The notes under the pieces were generated by a model that was given only the letters and a program-made list of their open reading frames with translations, was not told the origin of the DNA and ran no database searches. From assembly GCF_963921235.1 (NCBI RefSeq), contig NC_086108.1, forward strand, positions 62,622,001 to 62,686,000: a stretch of DNA of 64,000 bases, written 5' to 3'. This document shows positions 1 through 11,329 of the stretch, one piece after another (position 1 is the stretch's first letter; each line of letters begins with the position of its first letter). The DNA is from Mobula hypostoma. Its lineage: Eukaryota. Made by a program: the position numbers and the translations under genes.

Positions 1-44
1 AATGACCCTTCACCTCACATGTCTGTGCTAATTTGACAAATTGC

Positions 45-200
45 ATCAATCTCTACATTCACTCTTCTCCATGTTAATCTCCATCTGCCATTTCTCCACC
101 CAAATTTCCAAACGACTTATACCTTGTTGTATCCTTTGACAGTCTTTATCTTTATCCACAACTTCTCCAATTTTCTGGTTGTGTGCAAACTGTGTTTTCA
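45..200 (-). mobile_element. Degraded CR1 LINE RT-region fragment
   Basis: ttaatctccatctgccatttctccaccca is the reverse complement of the CR1 W..KWQM..N region seen intact at ~12950-12990. Confidence 0.55.
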
Positions 201-254
201 TACAAATCATTTATATTTCAAACAACAGATGTTCCAACACTAATTCTTGTCGTA

Positions 255-500
255 TCTCATGGAGGTACAGAAGCCTGAAGTCCCTCACCACCAGGTTCAA
301 GAACAGCTATTTCTCTTCAACCGTTCTTGACTCATCCTGTACAACCTTAACCCCAATGTGATCACTTGGCACTACAATGGATTTTGTTTTATTTTGTTAT
401 AATTGTTTCTTTGTCATATAATTTATTTGGCTGATTTAAGTTTTCTCATGAATGCTGTGTATCTGATGCCATGTGCATGTGATGTTGCGACAAGGTGGTG
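255..500 (+). mobile_element. Rex1/Babar-like LINE 3' fragment
   Basis: gaggtacagaagcctgaag...accaggttcaagaacagctattt matches the R.RS....R..NSFFP end of other Rex1 copies in the window. Confidence 0.55.
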
Positions 501-1389
501 TGCATTCGTTAAACAAGACCACTATTATAGACCTCCAGTTAAAATAAAATTAATATTAAAGTTAAAATGCCACCAATACTTTTTATCTTCTATGACAAAG
601 CCAATTTTGTAAGCAGCTTACCAACTAATCATAAATCCCATGTGACTTAATCTTCTGCATCAGCCTACCATGACGGACAATGTACACAGCCCTTCATTAC
701 CTCCTGAAGAAAACCCATGAGACCTGTGCTGTACAAAAGCATGCTACAGCTTTAAAGGAATAATCCAATTAGTTCATTTTCCTGCTCTTTCTTCCTTTAT
801 TGAACAATTGAAAGTGAATTTAATGTATTTTTTTCTGCCACACTTATAGTGCATTCCAGATTGTAATAACTTAATGGGTAATGTTATTCTCCCCAAAATG
901 CTTCTATTTCCTTTGTCAAATGTCTTAAATGTCAGTGTGTTTTGGTTTCTGGAACAGACTTCTTCAATTTATTGCATGAAAACTTTTCACAATTTAGAAA
1001 GTTTTGATAAAATATTCTCCACTTAAAGAACATCTCCAATTTCACAAACAATTTTTTTTTACCTTTGATAGCATTCTAGTTTCTTTTTCTGTATCTTCTC
1101 TGAAATCCTGCCTGTATTTTCTAAGGCATTGTATATAGAATGAGTCACAAAATTTTAGATGGGCCATAACAGGTATTTACAAGGTTTTAGCACAACATGC
1201 TACTTGTGTACTTAATGTCTCTTTGTAAATATGCGCACTTAATAGTCCTTTGCAACATCATTTCTTCATCCCTTTTTAAATGTGCCACCTCACTCACTAC
1301 ATTCTTACCAAAATGAATGATTTAATACATTACCACATTAAGCATGATTTCTTTCCATGTCACTTCGAAATCCATTACTAAGGTTATTC

Positions 1390-1630
1390 CAGCTCCAACC
1401 AGCCCACCATCCCCACCCCCAGTGCCCCTTGGCACCTGATTCGATATGCCTGGTATTCTTCAACTTCCCCTCTCCCCACCATCCCATCAATCATCCTGTC
1501 CCCTGTCTCACAATTCCCTTCTCCATTCTTTACCATAATTCAGTCTTTCAACCTGAAATATTGACATCTTCTTTCCCCTCACAGATGAAACTCAACCCAG
1601 TGACTTTTCCAGCAGATTGTTTGTCTGCAG
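1390..1630 (+). mobile_element. Old Penelope-like 3'/pLTR remnant
   Basis: Pyrimidine-rich tract followed by cctgaaatattgac...cagatg...ccagcagattgt, similar to 24860-24940. Confidence 0.45.
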
Positions 1631-1689
1631 TTTGTTACATCCTCACTAGATTTATGCAGTACACATGTCAGGGAAATAAAGATTTTTTT

Positions 1690-2935
1690 TGATTTTTGAA
1701 TTAAAGGGATGATGGTGCAATGATTTTGTGTTTTAAAATTCCGCCAATGAGTTCCATATGAAAGTTTATATGGAGTTCATGGGATTGCATGTTTTGAGGA
1801 TTAATTCATGGGCAGAAAACAGAAATAAGCAGATCAATTCCGGATTTGCAGGCCATAACTAGATTACAAGATCCAGCTTGGGCCTCAGCCATATCAATGA
1901 CAGGGATGAGATGAGCAAGATGAATTTATCAAGGTTTGTCATTGATACGAAGCTAAGTGGGAAAGTGAGCAATGAAATGTTCACCAAAACTTCCAAAGGG
2001 ATATGGATTTGTTTAGCAAGTAGACAAGAACACGATACATGAAAAATAATCACTTTGGTGGGAACAGTGAAAAGGCAGAATATTTTAGAATGGTGTGATA
2101 CTGGGGGATATTAGTATTTACAGAAACATCAGTGTCCTAAGACATGAATAATAGGCAGTTATCCTGAGCAGATAGTAATAGACTGCAGGAGGACATGGAA
2201 AGGTGGGCAGAATGGACAGAGAAATAGCAGATAAAAACATAAAAGAGTGAAGTGATACATCTTTCAAGGAAAAAAAGGAGAGAGAATACAGAGTAAACAG
2301 CACGGTGTGTTGGAATAGAGGGTCTGGTGTATATATACGGATATTTTTAAATGTGGAGATGAAAACTAATTCATAAAGCACATAGGATTTGGAGCCTCTT
2401 AACTAAACACATACATTACATTATTTCAAACCTGTATAAAATATTGGCAAGGCAAAAACTGGAGTATTGAGTCAAATACCAGTCACCGTGGCTTGGATAA
2501 TGTGAAAAGTTCCTAGAAATGGTACAAAAGAGAATTACAGTATTAGAATGGTTTCAAGGATAAAGGTTTTCACCTACTAAGTTTGATTGGAGAGGCCAGA
2601 GCCGTTCCCTTTGGAGCAAAGAAGTTGAGAGGAAATTTGATAGAAGTGTACTTAAACTTACTGGGTTTACATAGAGTAAACAGAGTGATGTTGTTCCCAT
2701 GGGTGGATGACTGAAGGACAAGCCGACACTGATTCAAAGTGGAGTTGTGAAGAATCATTTTTAAGGTGACACCTTATGCTGGAACATGCTGCCCAGGAGA
2801 ATGGCAGAAACAGAGTCAATCAGAAAATTTCAAAAGTGACTGCAGGGAAAGACAGGAAGTGGAACTGAATGGTTGATCAATGTGGAGTGAGAAGGGATCA
2901 AAGGGTTGAATGGCCTCCCATGTCAGAACTATTCT
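1690..2935 (+). mobile_element. Highly decayed CR1 LINE (RT to 3' end)
   Basis: Collinear similarity to the CR1 at 12600-13750, e.g. ggagtattgagtcaaatac, ttgagaggaaatttgatagaagtgta and the 3' gggttgaatggcctcc. Confidence 0.55.
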
Positions 2936-4749
2936 AACACTCAATGCAGCAAGCAATTATGAAAACCAAATAGAATGTCAGCTTTTTGTACAAAGGGAGC
3001 ATAGAAATAGAAGGGAGAAATTTTTCAATGTTACATAAGTACAGTAGATACAGAACTGTTTTATGTAAGTGCACTAGAAATAATGTTCTGTAAGGATATT
3101 TTGTTGGCATGGTCATGGAGTTGTACAGTATAAAAACAGACACTTTAGCCCACAGTCTTCATACCAGTCTTCGTGCTCACTTGATTGCAATAAATCCATA
3201 TCCTTCTGAGCGTTACTCATTCGTCCCAGCCCAGATCCCCAATAAACATTGTTACTGTTCCTGTCTCCACCCCCTCCTCTGGCAGCTCAAGCCCTAGCAC
3301 GCACAAAGATGTTGTTGGCACTTGGCAGGCAGTGCTGCCCCTCGATTCTTTCAACTCCACCTGTAAGAAAATGGTACATAATAATTATCCCTTCTGCCAA
3401 ACGAAGCAGCAAATAATTTTGTTTTTACAGCCTGAGAGCAGTAAGATGTTTTCACGGGGAAGATTTCATGCTGGCTTGGCACTAACTAGATGGTTGTGAG
3501 AACAGTGACATTGGATGATATGTGTTGAAATCTTCACAGACCTGGCGTACACATCAACATTTGGATAGTAAACAGTTGGGCCAAATGGCCTTGCCTTCGC
3601 TTTGCTTATATTTTTCCTCTGCAGTTTGTGCATGAACACTGGATATTTAGAGATAATAGTGGTAAATACCATGTACAGTTTAGCACCTCCATGAAAATTT
3701 AGCTTTTGCCATAAATATATTTATTTTATAGGAGTAAAACTGTAATTTAATTTTATCACTGAGATAGTTTTAAATCGTGTTTATCCTAAACAGCTTGTTC
3801 AGAATGTCAGATAAACCAGCAAAGAAACAGTTTTACTATTAATAAAACAATGAATGTACATAAATAAGGAACAGGACACATCATTAATTTATTAATTAAT
3901 GATCATTTCTGCTAGAAATTATCATGGAATGGGAGAGATCTCTTTAGAAGAGTATTGCCAATTTAGGCTCACACTCTCGAGTAGCCACTCCTAGGGTGTA
4001 ATATTGAACAGAAAAGGCCCTTCCTTCATGAGTTCTGTTACTGCAGAGCCAATAGAGGAGATCTCTTAGACTAGAGTCAGTAGGAGCATGGGTAGAGATG
4101 AGAGAGAGTATTTTTGTGTATGGGAAATCAAGCCAGTCAGCATGGTTGCCGATTGAAGATAAAGCCACAGGCCTGTAGTCAGTAGAAAACAGGATCATTA
4201 TGGTGGGATGGAGGTTTGTGAGAAGGGCTGTGCAAATGCAGCATTGGGGAAGAGAAATCAACAAGGGTTAGGGAAGAACTCAGTCGGATACAAGAACAGG
4301 GACCTTAGAGATAGTGTCAGTGAGTTTTGCTGTGTAGGAGTCACAGCAGCAGAACATGTAAGTTCAGGCTACCTCTAACTTATATTGAAGTGTGCCTCAG
4401 TTCTCTTTCTTAGATCTGTGGTATCTGAGGTCTGTGGTGATTGCAGACATTATCTATGAAGCAGAAATTTGCGTATGACATCAAATTTCTCAATGTGCGC
4501 CACCACTGAACTAAATGACATTTAGTGAACTGGCTTTGATGTAATTCAATCACATATTACACAAGAACGTTGTGGAGGAAAAGAAATCTAAGCCAATGTG
4601 CCTTGCTGTAATTACTCTTCATAGTTTTGGTCTTATTACTCAGGTAGAGATACACATGATTTGTAGCAAATGTACAGAGGTATATTTTAATTCCCCATCA
4701 CACTCTCACTGTGATTGCCACCTATGGCTTCTTTCAAGGAGGCCCCATA

Positions 4750-5238
4750 CAGTACTGTGCAAAAGCCTTAGACGCACACATATATATAGCTAGGGTACCT
4801 AAGGCTGTTAGCATTACTGTAGTAATTTTATGTAAAAAAATAAATGACATATATAAATGATGATAAACCTGACTCTGATATGGGTCTCTATTGTGGACTG
4901 AGAGTGGGAAGGGTGCAGGAAGAGGGGAATCAGGTTTGGGAACAGGCGAAGGGAGCGGAAAGCACCAGAAAGATACTCTGTAATGATCAGTAAGCAAATT
5001 GTTTGAGATCAGATGACCTTGCCTGGTGTTTCAGGCTGGGTGTTTCTCTACTGGTGCCATACCTGCCCCAGGCACTCCTCCTCTGCCACCTGTCCCTCAC
5101 CCCTCCCATGGCACTCCACCCTCACCATTCCCAACATCCTTTGCTCACTCTCCGCTCCACGTTAACAAATGCAGTACTGTGCAAAAGTCTTAAGCACCCT
5201 ATCGATGTATATGTGGCTAAGAATTTTGCACAATAATG
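4750..5238. mobile_element. Tc1/mariner-like MITE with palindromic ~70-bp terminal units
   Basis: TA|cagtactgtgcaaaag at 4750; matching inverted end ttttgcacaataatg|CA at 5238; second copy at 15204-15682. Confidence 0.7.
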
Positions 5239-5454
5239 CATGTTTTAATTGTTGGTTAATCACTTGCTCTGTATATATAACAAATGGGCAGTTCTGTTGT
5301 GGGTTACCCATTTGTAATAATTATTCAGGTTCTTGCTGTCCACAGACACTGTCAGATCTTTTGGGCATTTCTGCCCTGATCCTTTTTGGTTTTATTTCTC
5401 TACAACAGCTCTGACCTGCATCTCACAGCTTTGTTTATTTTGATAGAGAAAGGA

Positions 5455-6150
5455 GTTTAAAGTTCTAAGTACAATTATTATCTAAGTATGTAGACATGAT
5501 ACAACCTTGAGATTCATCTCCTTACAGGCAGCCACAAAACAAAGACACCACAAAAAAATCCATAGAAAAGGACTGAAAAACGCGGTGTGCAGAGAGAAAA
5601 AAAAGTGCAAACAATGAAGTAAGCAAATGGCATTCAGAACTGAAGTTTTGTGGAAGACATGAAGCCAGGTATCTCTGCAGCTGGAGCAGAGCGCAGCCTC
5701 GGTTCAGCGCAGGTCTGAGTAAAGATCGTGGAACAGAGAGCCGAACCGAGCAAAGCCAAGCTGAACAGGCCCATCCTTCGCCTCTGGACCCAAAACCTGG
5801 ACCTGTTCAATCTGCCCCGGTGCTTAAATTGTCCAAATATTGGGTCATTCCTCGCTCTCGAACCACTCTGGGGCCTGAACCCCGCTGCCATGATTTGGCC
5901 CGGACCCAACCTTTCCAATTTGACCTGGTGCTTTAATTGATCAGAATTTTGGGAATTTCTTCACTCCCGTCTTGGCTTGCCTCCACCGTCTCTCCTCCTC
6001 CTCCTCTTGCATCCTCTCACAGCCTCTCCATTGTTAGCAGTGATCATCATCAATGAAGTGTCACTAATAAGGTGTTTAGTAATTTACTTTGTTTTGTGTT
6101 TTGCTGCCAGTAAGTGGTCACTGGGCATTACCAGTGCCACCTAAAACCAG
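5455..6150 (-). mobile_element. Non-autonomous retroposon-like repeat with GC-rich internally repeated body
   Basis: Reverse-complement similarity to 59110-59865 (tail gctgcctgtaa.gagatgaatctcaagg; body gggc.agattgaa.aggtc). Confidence 0.6.
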
Positions 6151-6194
6151 GGTTGGAGTTGAGTTGGTAAATCAGTCGTGATAAATGAGGCCAG

Positions 6195-6460
6195 CACACT
6201 AGTGCAGAAGTTAGCGCAAGACTTTACAGCACCATCTGCCCAGATGTCCCTTAAATGTTACTCAATTCCCGCCACTCTCGATAAGGGGTTTGCATGTTCT
6301 CCCCATGCCTCTGTCGGTTTCCTCTGGGTGCCCCCGTCTCCTCCCACATTCCAAAAATGTATGGTTAGGGTTAGTGAGTTGTGGGCACACTATGTTGGCA
6401 CCAGAAGCACGGCGACGCTTACGGGGTGATCAGCACGATCCTCACTGATTTAATTTGATG
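6195..6460 (+). mobile_element. tRNA-derived V-SINE (degraded)
   Basis: tRNA-like head followed by V-domain-like ggtttcctctgggtgcccccgtctcctcccacattccaaa. Confidence 0.65.
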
Positions 6461-6467
6461 CAAAGAA

Positions 6468-7995
6468 GTTCAAATTTATTGTCATTCAACTGTAAACATG
6501 TGTAATACACTGTATGTATTCCATTTAGGAATTCTGTAAGAGCAGTCTGTTCTGTTTTCAGCTGATTTGGGTTACCGTTGAAGATAAGGGATGAGGAGAA
6601 ATGTGTGCCATCCAATTAGGATGGCCGAATTAAGAGGGGGGAGGTTTCTTTGGTGAGGGACACTAAGGTTGATCCTGGGCTTTTGTTCGAGAGGAGATGA
6701 AGAGGGAAGACACAGGAGAGAAGGGGTCATAGGATTTGACCCAGAGCGGGACCATGACTTGATGAAGCCAGGGGCGAGACCGATTGAGGATCGATGAATA
6801 TGGAGAAGCTTTGAGCTCCAACTTGTGCACATTTGGCTGTTCCATTAAATGGGCCCTTTTCTTTTTTTTTTGTTCTTTTCTTTACTAACCCTTTAGTCAA
6901 ATTAATATTCATAAATATAATTCCTTTAATCTTATGAGGTGTACTATCTGTTATTTTGTGGTACTAATTTGTAACTGGATAGCAGATGACACAGCATCCA
7001 CATAAACCAGGGTCTGGGGTGGAAGAATACCTCAGTCTCAGAGGTCTGGCCCGACTTGAGTGTCTTCCCGAGACTTAGACAGCCAAGGAAATCGGGGTGA
7101 TTCACAAGTATACAACTAAATGAAACAACGTTCCTCTGGGATGAAAGTACAAAACACAATACACATTAACAGATATTAAAAATATTCTTTTAGATGTACA
7201 AGTTAATATAATGTGCATATATGACATGTAATTAGATATACGACAGTATAATGCTATTGTCACTGTCCTAAATAATGTGTACTGGGTGGTAACAGAGAGA
7301 TCAGAGGTCTCGCATCCTGGGGGAAGAAGCTGTTATACAGCTTAACTGTCCTTGTTCTTATACTGCAGTACCTACTGCCTGATGGTAGCAGGTCAAAAAG
7401 ATTGTGGGATGGATTGGAGGGGTCCTTCACAATGCTGAGGGCTCTGTGAACACAACGCTTCCGGTATATGTCCTGGATGGAGTGGGGAGAGCAGAAGAGA
7501 CCCTGATGATTCTCACAGCAGTCCTCACAATCTGTTGCAGGGTCTTGCAGTGAGATGCCTTGCAATTCCCATACCAGACGGAGGTACAGTTGGTCAGGAC
7601 ACTCTCGAAGGTGCTCGGGTAGAATATAGTAAGAATGGGGGTGGGAGCCTCGTTCACCTCAATATTCTTAGGAAGTGAAGGTGTTGCTGTGCTTTCTAGA
7701 CTGAAGAGGTGCTGTTGAGGGACCAGGTGAGATCATCTGTGATGTGCACTGCAAGAATCTTGGTGCTCCTGACTCTCCCTGTCATGAGCAGTTGGGAGTT
7801 GTCAGCCTGCACTTCCTGCAGTCCATAATCATCTTTCAAATCTTGTCCATGTTGAGACTCAAGTTGTTGTGTTCACACCAGTGCACAACCCACTTAACCT
7901 CCTCTCTGTATGCCAATTCATCATTGTTGCTGATGAGGCCAACCACTGTTGTGTCATCAGCGAACTTAACAATGTGGTTAGCGCTCGATCTAGCA
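6468..7995 (-). mobile_element. Rex1/Babar LINE 3' portion (RT C-terminus), split by the solo LTR
   Basis: Minus-strand KFADDTTVVGLI (rc of accactgttgtgtcatcagcgaactt); ORFs with FESVLTNCTSVWYG and LLPSGSRY...YNSFFP. Confidence 0.85.
6501..7104 (+). mobile_element. Solo LTR inserted in a Rex1 3' UTR
   Basis: TG...CA ends; near-TSD catg/caag; Rex1 tail sequence resumes on both sides; shares motifs with the 35121-35813 LTR. Confidence 0.6.
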
Positions 7996-8069
7996 GTACG
8001 GATGTGCAGTTCACTCTACAGTCTGATGTACAGGTGACAAATAAAGCTCATCTTCTATCTTTTTAAGTA

Positions 8070-8890
8070 AATGACCTGAATGAAAGGTTACATCCGTAAG
8101 CTTGCTGATGGTGGTACTGTGGATAGTGTAGAACATCAGCAAGGGGCGCAGCTGGGTACAGGTTGGCTGCAGGTAAGGGCAGTGAAATAGAAGATGGAGT
8201 TCAACCCAACGAAATGTGAAAGTTGCAGTTTAGGAGCTAAAGTGTGAAGGGGCAGTACAATATTAATGGCAATGTTGATGTGCAGAGGGGTCTTGGAATC
8301 CGGGTTCACAGCACTCTGGAAGTGGCTACACAAATTGATAAAGCGTGGCAAAGAATGCGTATGGCATGCTTGTCTTTGTTAGTTGAGACATTGACTTCAA
8401 GAGTTAGGAAGTATGTTGCAGAGTTATAAAACTCTAGTTAGGCCATAAATAGTTAGGCATTCAGCGCTGATCACCCCATTTTAGAAAGAGCGTCAAGACT
8501 TTGAAGAGGATGCAGGAGAGACTTATCAAGATGCTGTCTGGATTAGAGGGCTATAAGGAGAGGGAGGACAAACTTGGGTTGTTTTCTCTGAAGCAGCAAA
8601 AGTTGCGGGAAGATATGACAGAAGTTTACAAGATTATGGGAAACATAGATAAAGTAGACAGCCAGTTTCTTTCTCCAGGAATGAAATGCCTGATACCAGA
8701 GGCCATACATTTAAGAGGAGAAGGGTTAAGTTCAAAAGAGATGTGTGGGGTAAATTTTCACACAGAAGGTTGTGGGTCCCTGGGATGCACTGCCAGCGAT
8801 GGTGGTGGAGGCAAATACGATAATGACATTCAAGGTAGGAGTATTGGCACATAAATGTGCAGGGAATGGGACATTGTACAGTATGTGCAG
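8070..8890 (+). mobile_element. Decayed CR1 LINE 3' portion
   Basis: ORF 8501-8854 MKRMQERLIKMLSGLEG...LGLFSL...DMTEVYKIM resembles the CR1 ORF2 C-terminus. Confidence 0.8.
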
Positions 8891-8899
8891 AAGCAGTTA

Positions 8900-9680
8900 A
8901 ACACAAAAGATTCTGCAGATGCTGGAAATCAAGAGTAACACATCGAGGATGTTGGAGAAACTCAACAGGCCAGGTAGCATCTATGGAAAAGAATGAAGTG
9001 TTAAATTTTCAGGGCTGCACCCTTCATTAGGACTGGAAAGGAAGAGGCAAGAAGTCAGAATAAGAAAATAGGGGAAGGGGAAGGGGTACAAACTAGAACC
9101 TGATAGGTGAAAGGGGGATGAAGTGATAAACTGGGAGCCGATAGGTAGAAAAGGTAAAAGGCTGAAGAGGAAGGAGTCTGATAGGAGAGGAGAGTGCACT
9201 ATGGGAGAAAGAGAAGGAGGAGGGGCACCGGGGGAGGCGATAGGCAGTTGAGGAGAAGAGAAGAGGTAAGAAGGGATTCAGAGTGGGGAATGGAAGAGGA
9301 AAGGCGGAGGGGGAGAATTAGCAGATGTTATGGAAATTGATGTCCATGCCGATTGATGGGCTGAGATCCTTCATCAGTGCTGGAAGTGAAGGGGGCAGAA
9401 GCCAGTACTGGAAGGTGGGTGGAGGGGAATGAGTACAAGCTGGCTGGAAAATTGGTGATATCAGGTGAGGGGGAAGGTGTGTGGGTGGGGCAGGAGGTTG
9501 AAGTAAGAAGCTGGGAGGTGATAGGTGGGAAAAGTAAAGGAGTGAAGAAGAAGGAATCTAACAGGAAAAGCCAATGGACCATGGAAGAAAGGGAAGGAGG
9601 AGGGGAATCAGAGGGAGGTGCTGGGCAGGTAAAGAGAAGAGGAGGAGTAAGGGGGGTAAACAGAATGGGAAATGGATAAA
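8900..9680 (-). mobile_element. Two tandem Penelope-like pLTR fragments
   Basis: Purine-rich units similar to 23510-23990 repeated head-to-tail; mutated hammerhead remnants at ~8997-9034 and ~9355-9380. Confidence 0.75.
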
Positions 9681-10439
9681 GAGAGAAGGAGGGAAGGCAG
9701 AGAAAGCTGTACCATAAGAAAAATCATGCAGGACGTTTTACATTGTTTTCCCCTAGAGGCCCCAAGAGAACAGAAGTACACAGCTGCTAAGAAATGATGC
9801 CACTGTATCATTGGACAGTAATATCAAAGTGTGCAATGTCACAGATGGAAGAAAAAAAAAACAAAATCTGTCTCTTCTCACTGAGTTTTTAGTGCTTGCC
9901 TCACAGCTGTACTGGTGGCCACATTATCTGACACCCAGTTCTGAATGAACATGACTTTCACCTAAGTATAGACAATGGGTTGAGACTTCTAATCAGCCTG
10001 TACTCATCTGTGAGCAACAGAATGAGAAAACACTACTCTTCATCTGGTAGATTTCTTGGTGTTGACGTGCTGGTACATGTAGTCCCAGCCCTAAATGGCA
10101 AGGCCTGATACAGCGTCAGGGCCTACCTGATTCAATGCCAGCAGTTCGGCAGGCTCATGCAAGCCCCGTCCACAAGTCTGCTGGAAAGCATCGACAGCTG
10201 GCAAAACCACACACCCCAGGACATCAGAACTGTCAAGGACTTTGAATGTTTCTAGAGATTCCTGTTGTCAGAAGCATTCCGAAACTGCTCCCATTTATTT
10301 AAGCCATGCAGAATATTGACAATTATTCAAATTGTAGAAGACAATAAATAAAACAAGGTAGTTAAAACATATAAACAAATAAAGTCATCAAAGAAAATGC
10401 ATGAAAATGAATTTATAATCCCTCTGCTCTCCCAGAGTA

Positions 10440-10762
10440 ATCACAGAAATAGGCCTGTCAGCCTACCTACTCTGTCAACCATCAACCAGCCACTTACTCC
10501 AATGCTGTAGTGATCACATTTTATTCTCTCCACATAATTACCAACTCTCCCAGGTTATATTGCTCACCTGCACATCAGGGGCAATTAATAGTGACCAATC
10601 TATTTACCAATCCACATGACTTTGGGGTGTGAGAGAAAACTGGAGACCTGGAGGACACGCAGGGGAACAAACAGACTCCACACAGTCTGAACCCAAGGTC
10701 AGAACTGAACAGGCCTCTGGCACCATGAGGCAATGGCCCTATTAGTTGTACTACTGGGCCAC
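10440..10762 (-). mobile_element. Degraded V-SINE
   Basis: ctttggggtgtgagagaaaactggagacctggagga is the reverse complement of the V-domain. Confidence 0.55.
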
Positions 10763-10914
10763 CCCAACAGTCATCTCTCTCCTTTTATCCTACACCACGT
10801 CTGGGCTGGGTACAGAGAGCAAGTTCTTGAGTGTAACTGGTGAAGAATTAGAGCAAATTTGTGCTTCACCATCAGACCCTAAACATTAGAAGTTAGAAAT
10901 TTACCACAAGCTCG

Positions 10915-11215
10915 GAATCACAATCAGAATTAGAATCTGGTTTAATATCACTCGTATACTTCATCAAAAATATATTGTTTAATGGCAGAAGTACATTGCA
11001 ATACATAATAAAAATGATAAATTGCAATATGAAATATATATATATAATTAAATGCAAAGTAGTGCAAAGAGAGCAAAAAATAAGGAAAAATAGTGAGGTT
11101 GTGTACAGGGGTTGATTGTCCATTCAGAAACCTGGTGATGGCTGGAAAGAAGGTGTTCCCAAACATTGAGTGTGTATCTTCAGTCTCCTGTGCCTCCTCC
11201 CTGATGCAGCAATGA
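10915..11215 (-). mobile_element. Rex1-like LINE 3' end
   Basis: (aatcag)n tail; minus ORF with FGNTFFPAITRFLN. Confidence 0.7.
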
Positions 11216-11329
11216 GAAACAGCTAGCAACAAGAACAACTGGATTACTCAGTTTTTGGTAATATAGTGAAAGAATATTGCCTAATTAACCTTAACCAACA
11301 TGCAACCATTAATGCCCGCAGATAATAAT

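Noticed and set aside
3305..3375. Minus-strand exon after ttttcttacAG
   Set aside because: The acceptor is good but the donor is weak (gtgcgt), it abuts a CR1 remnant and the peptide is unrecognisable.
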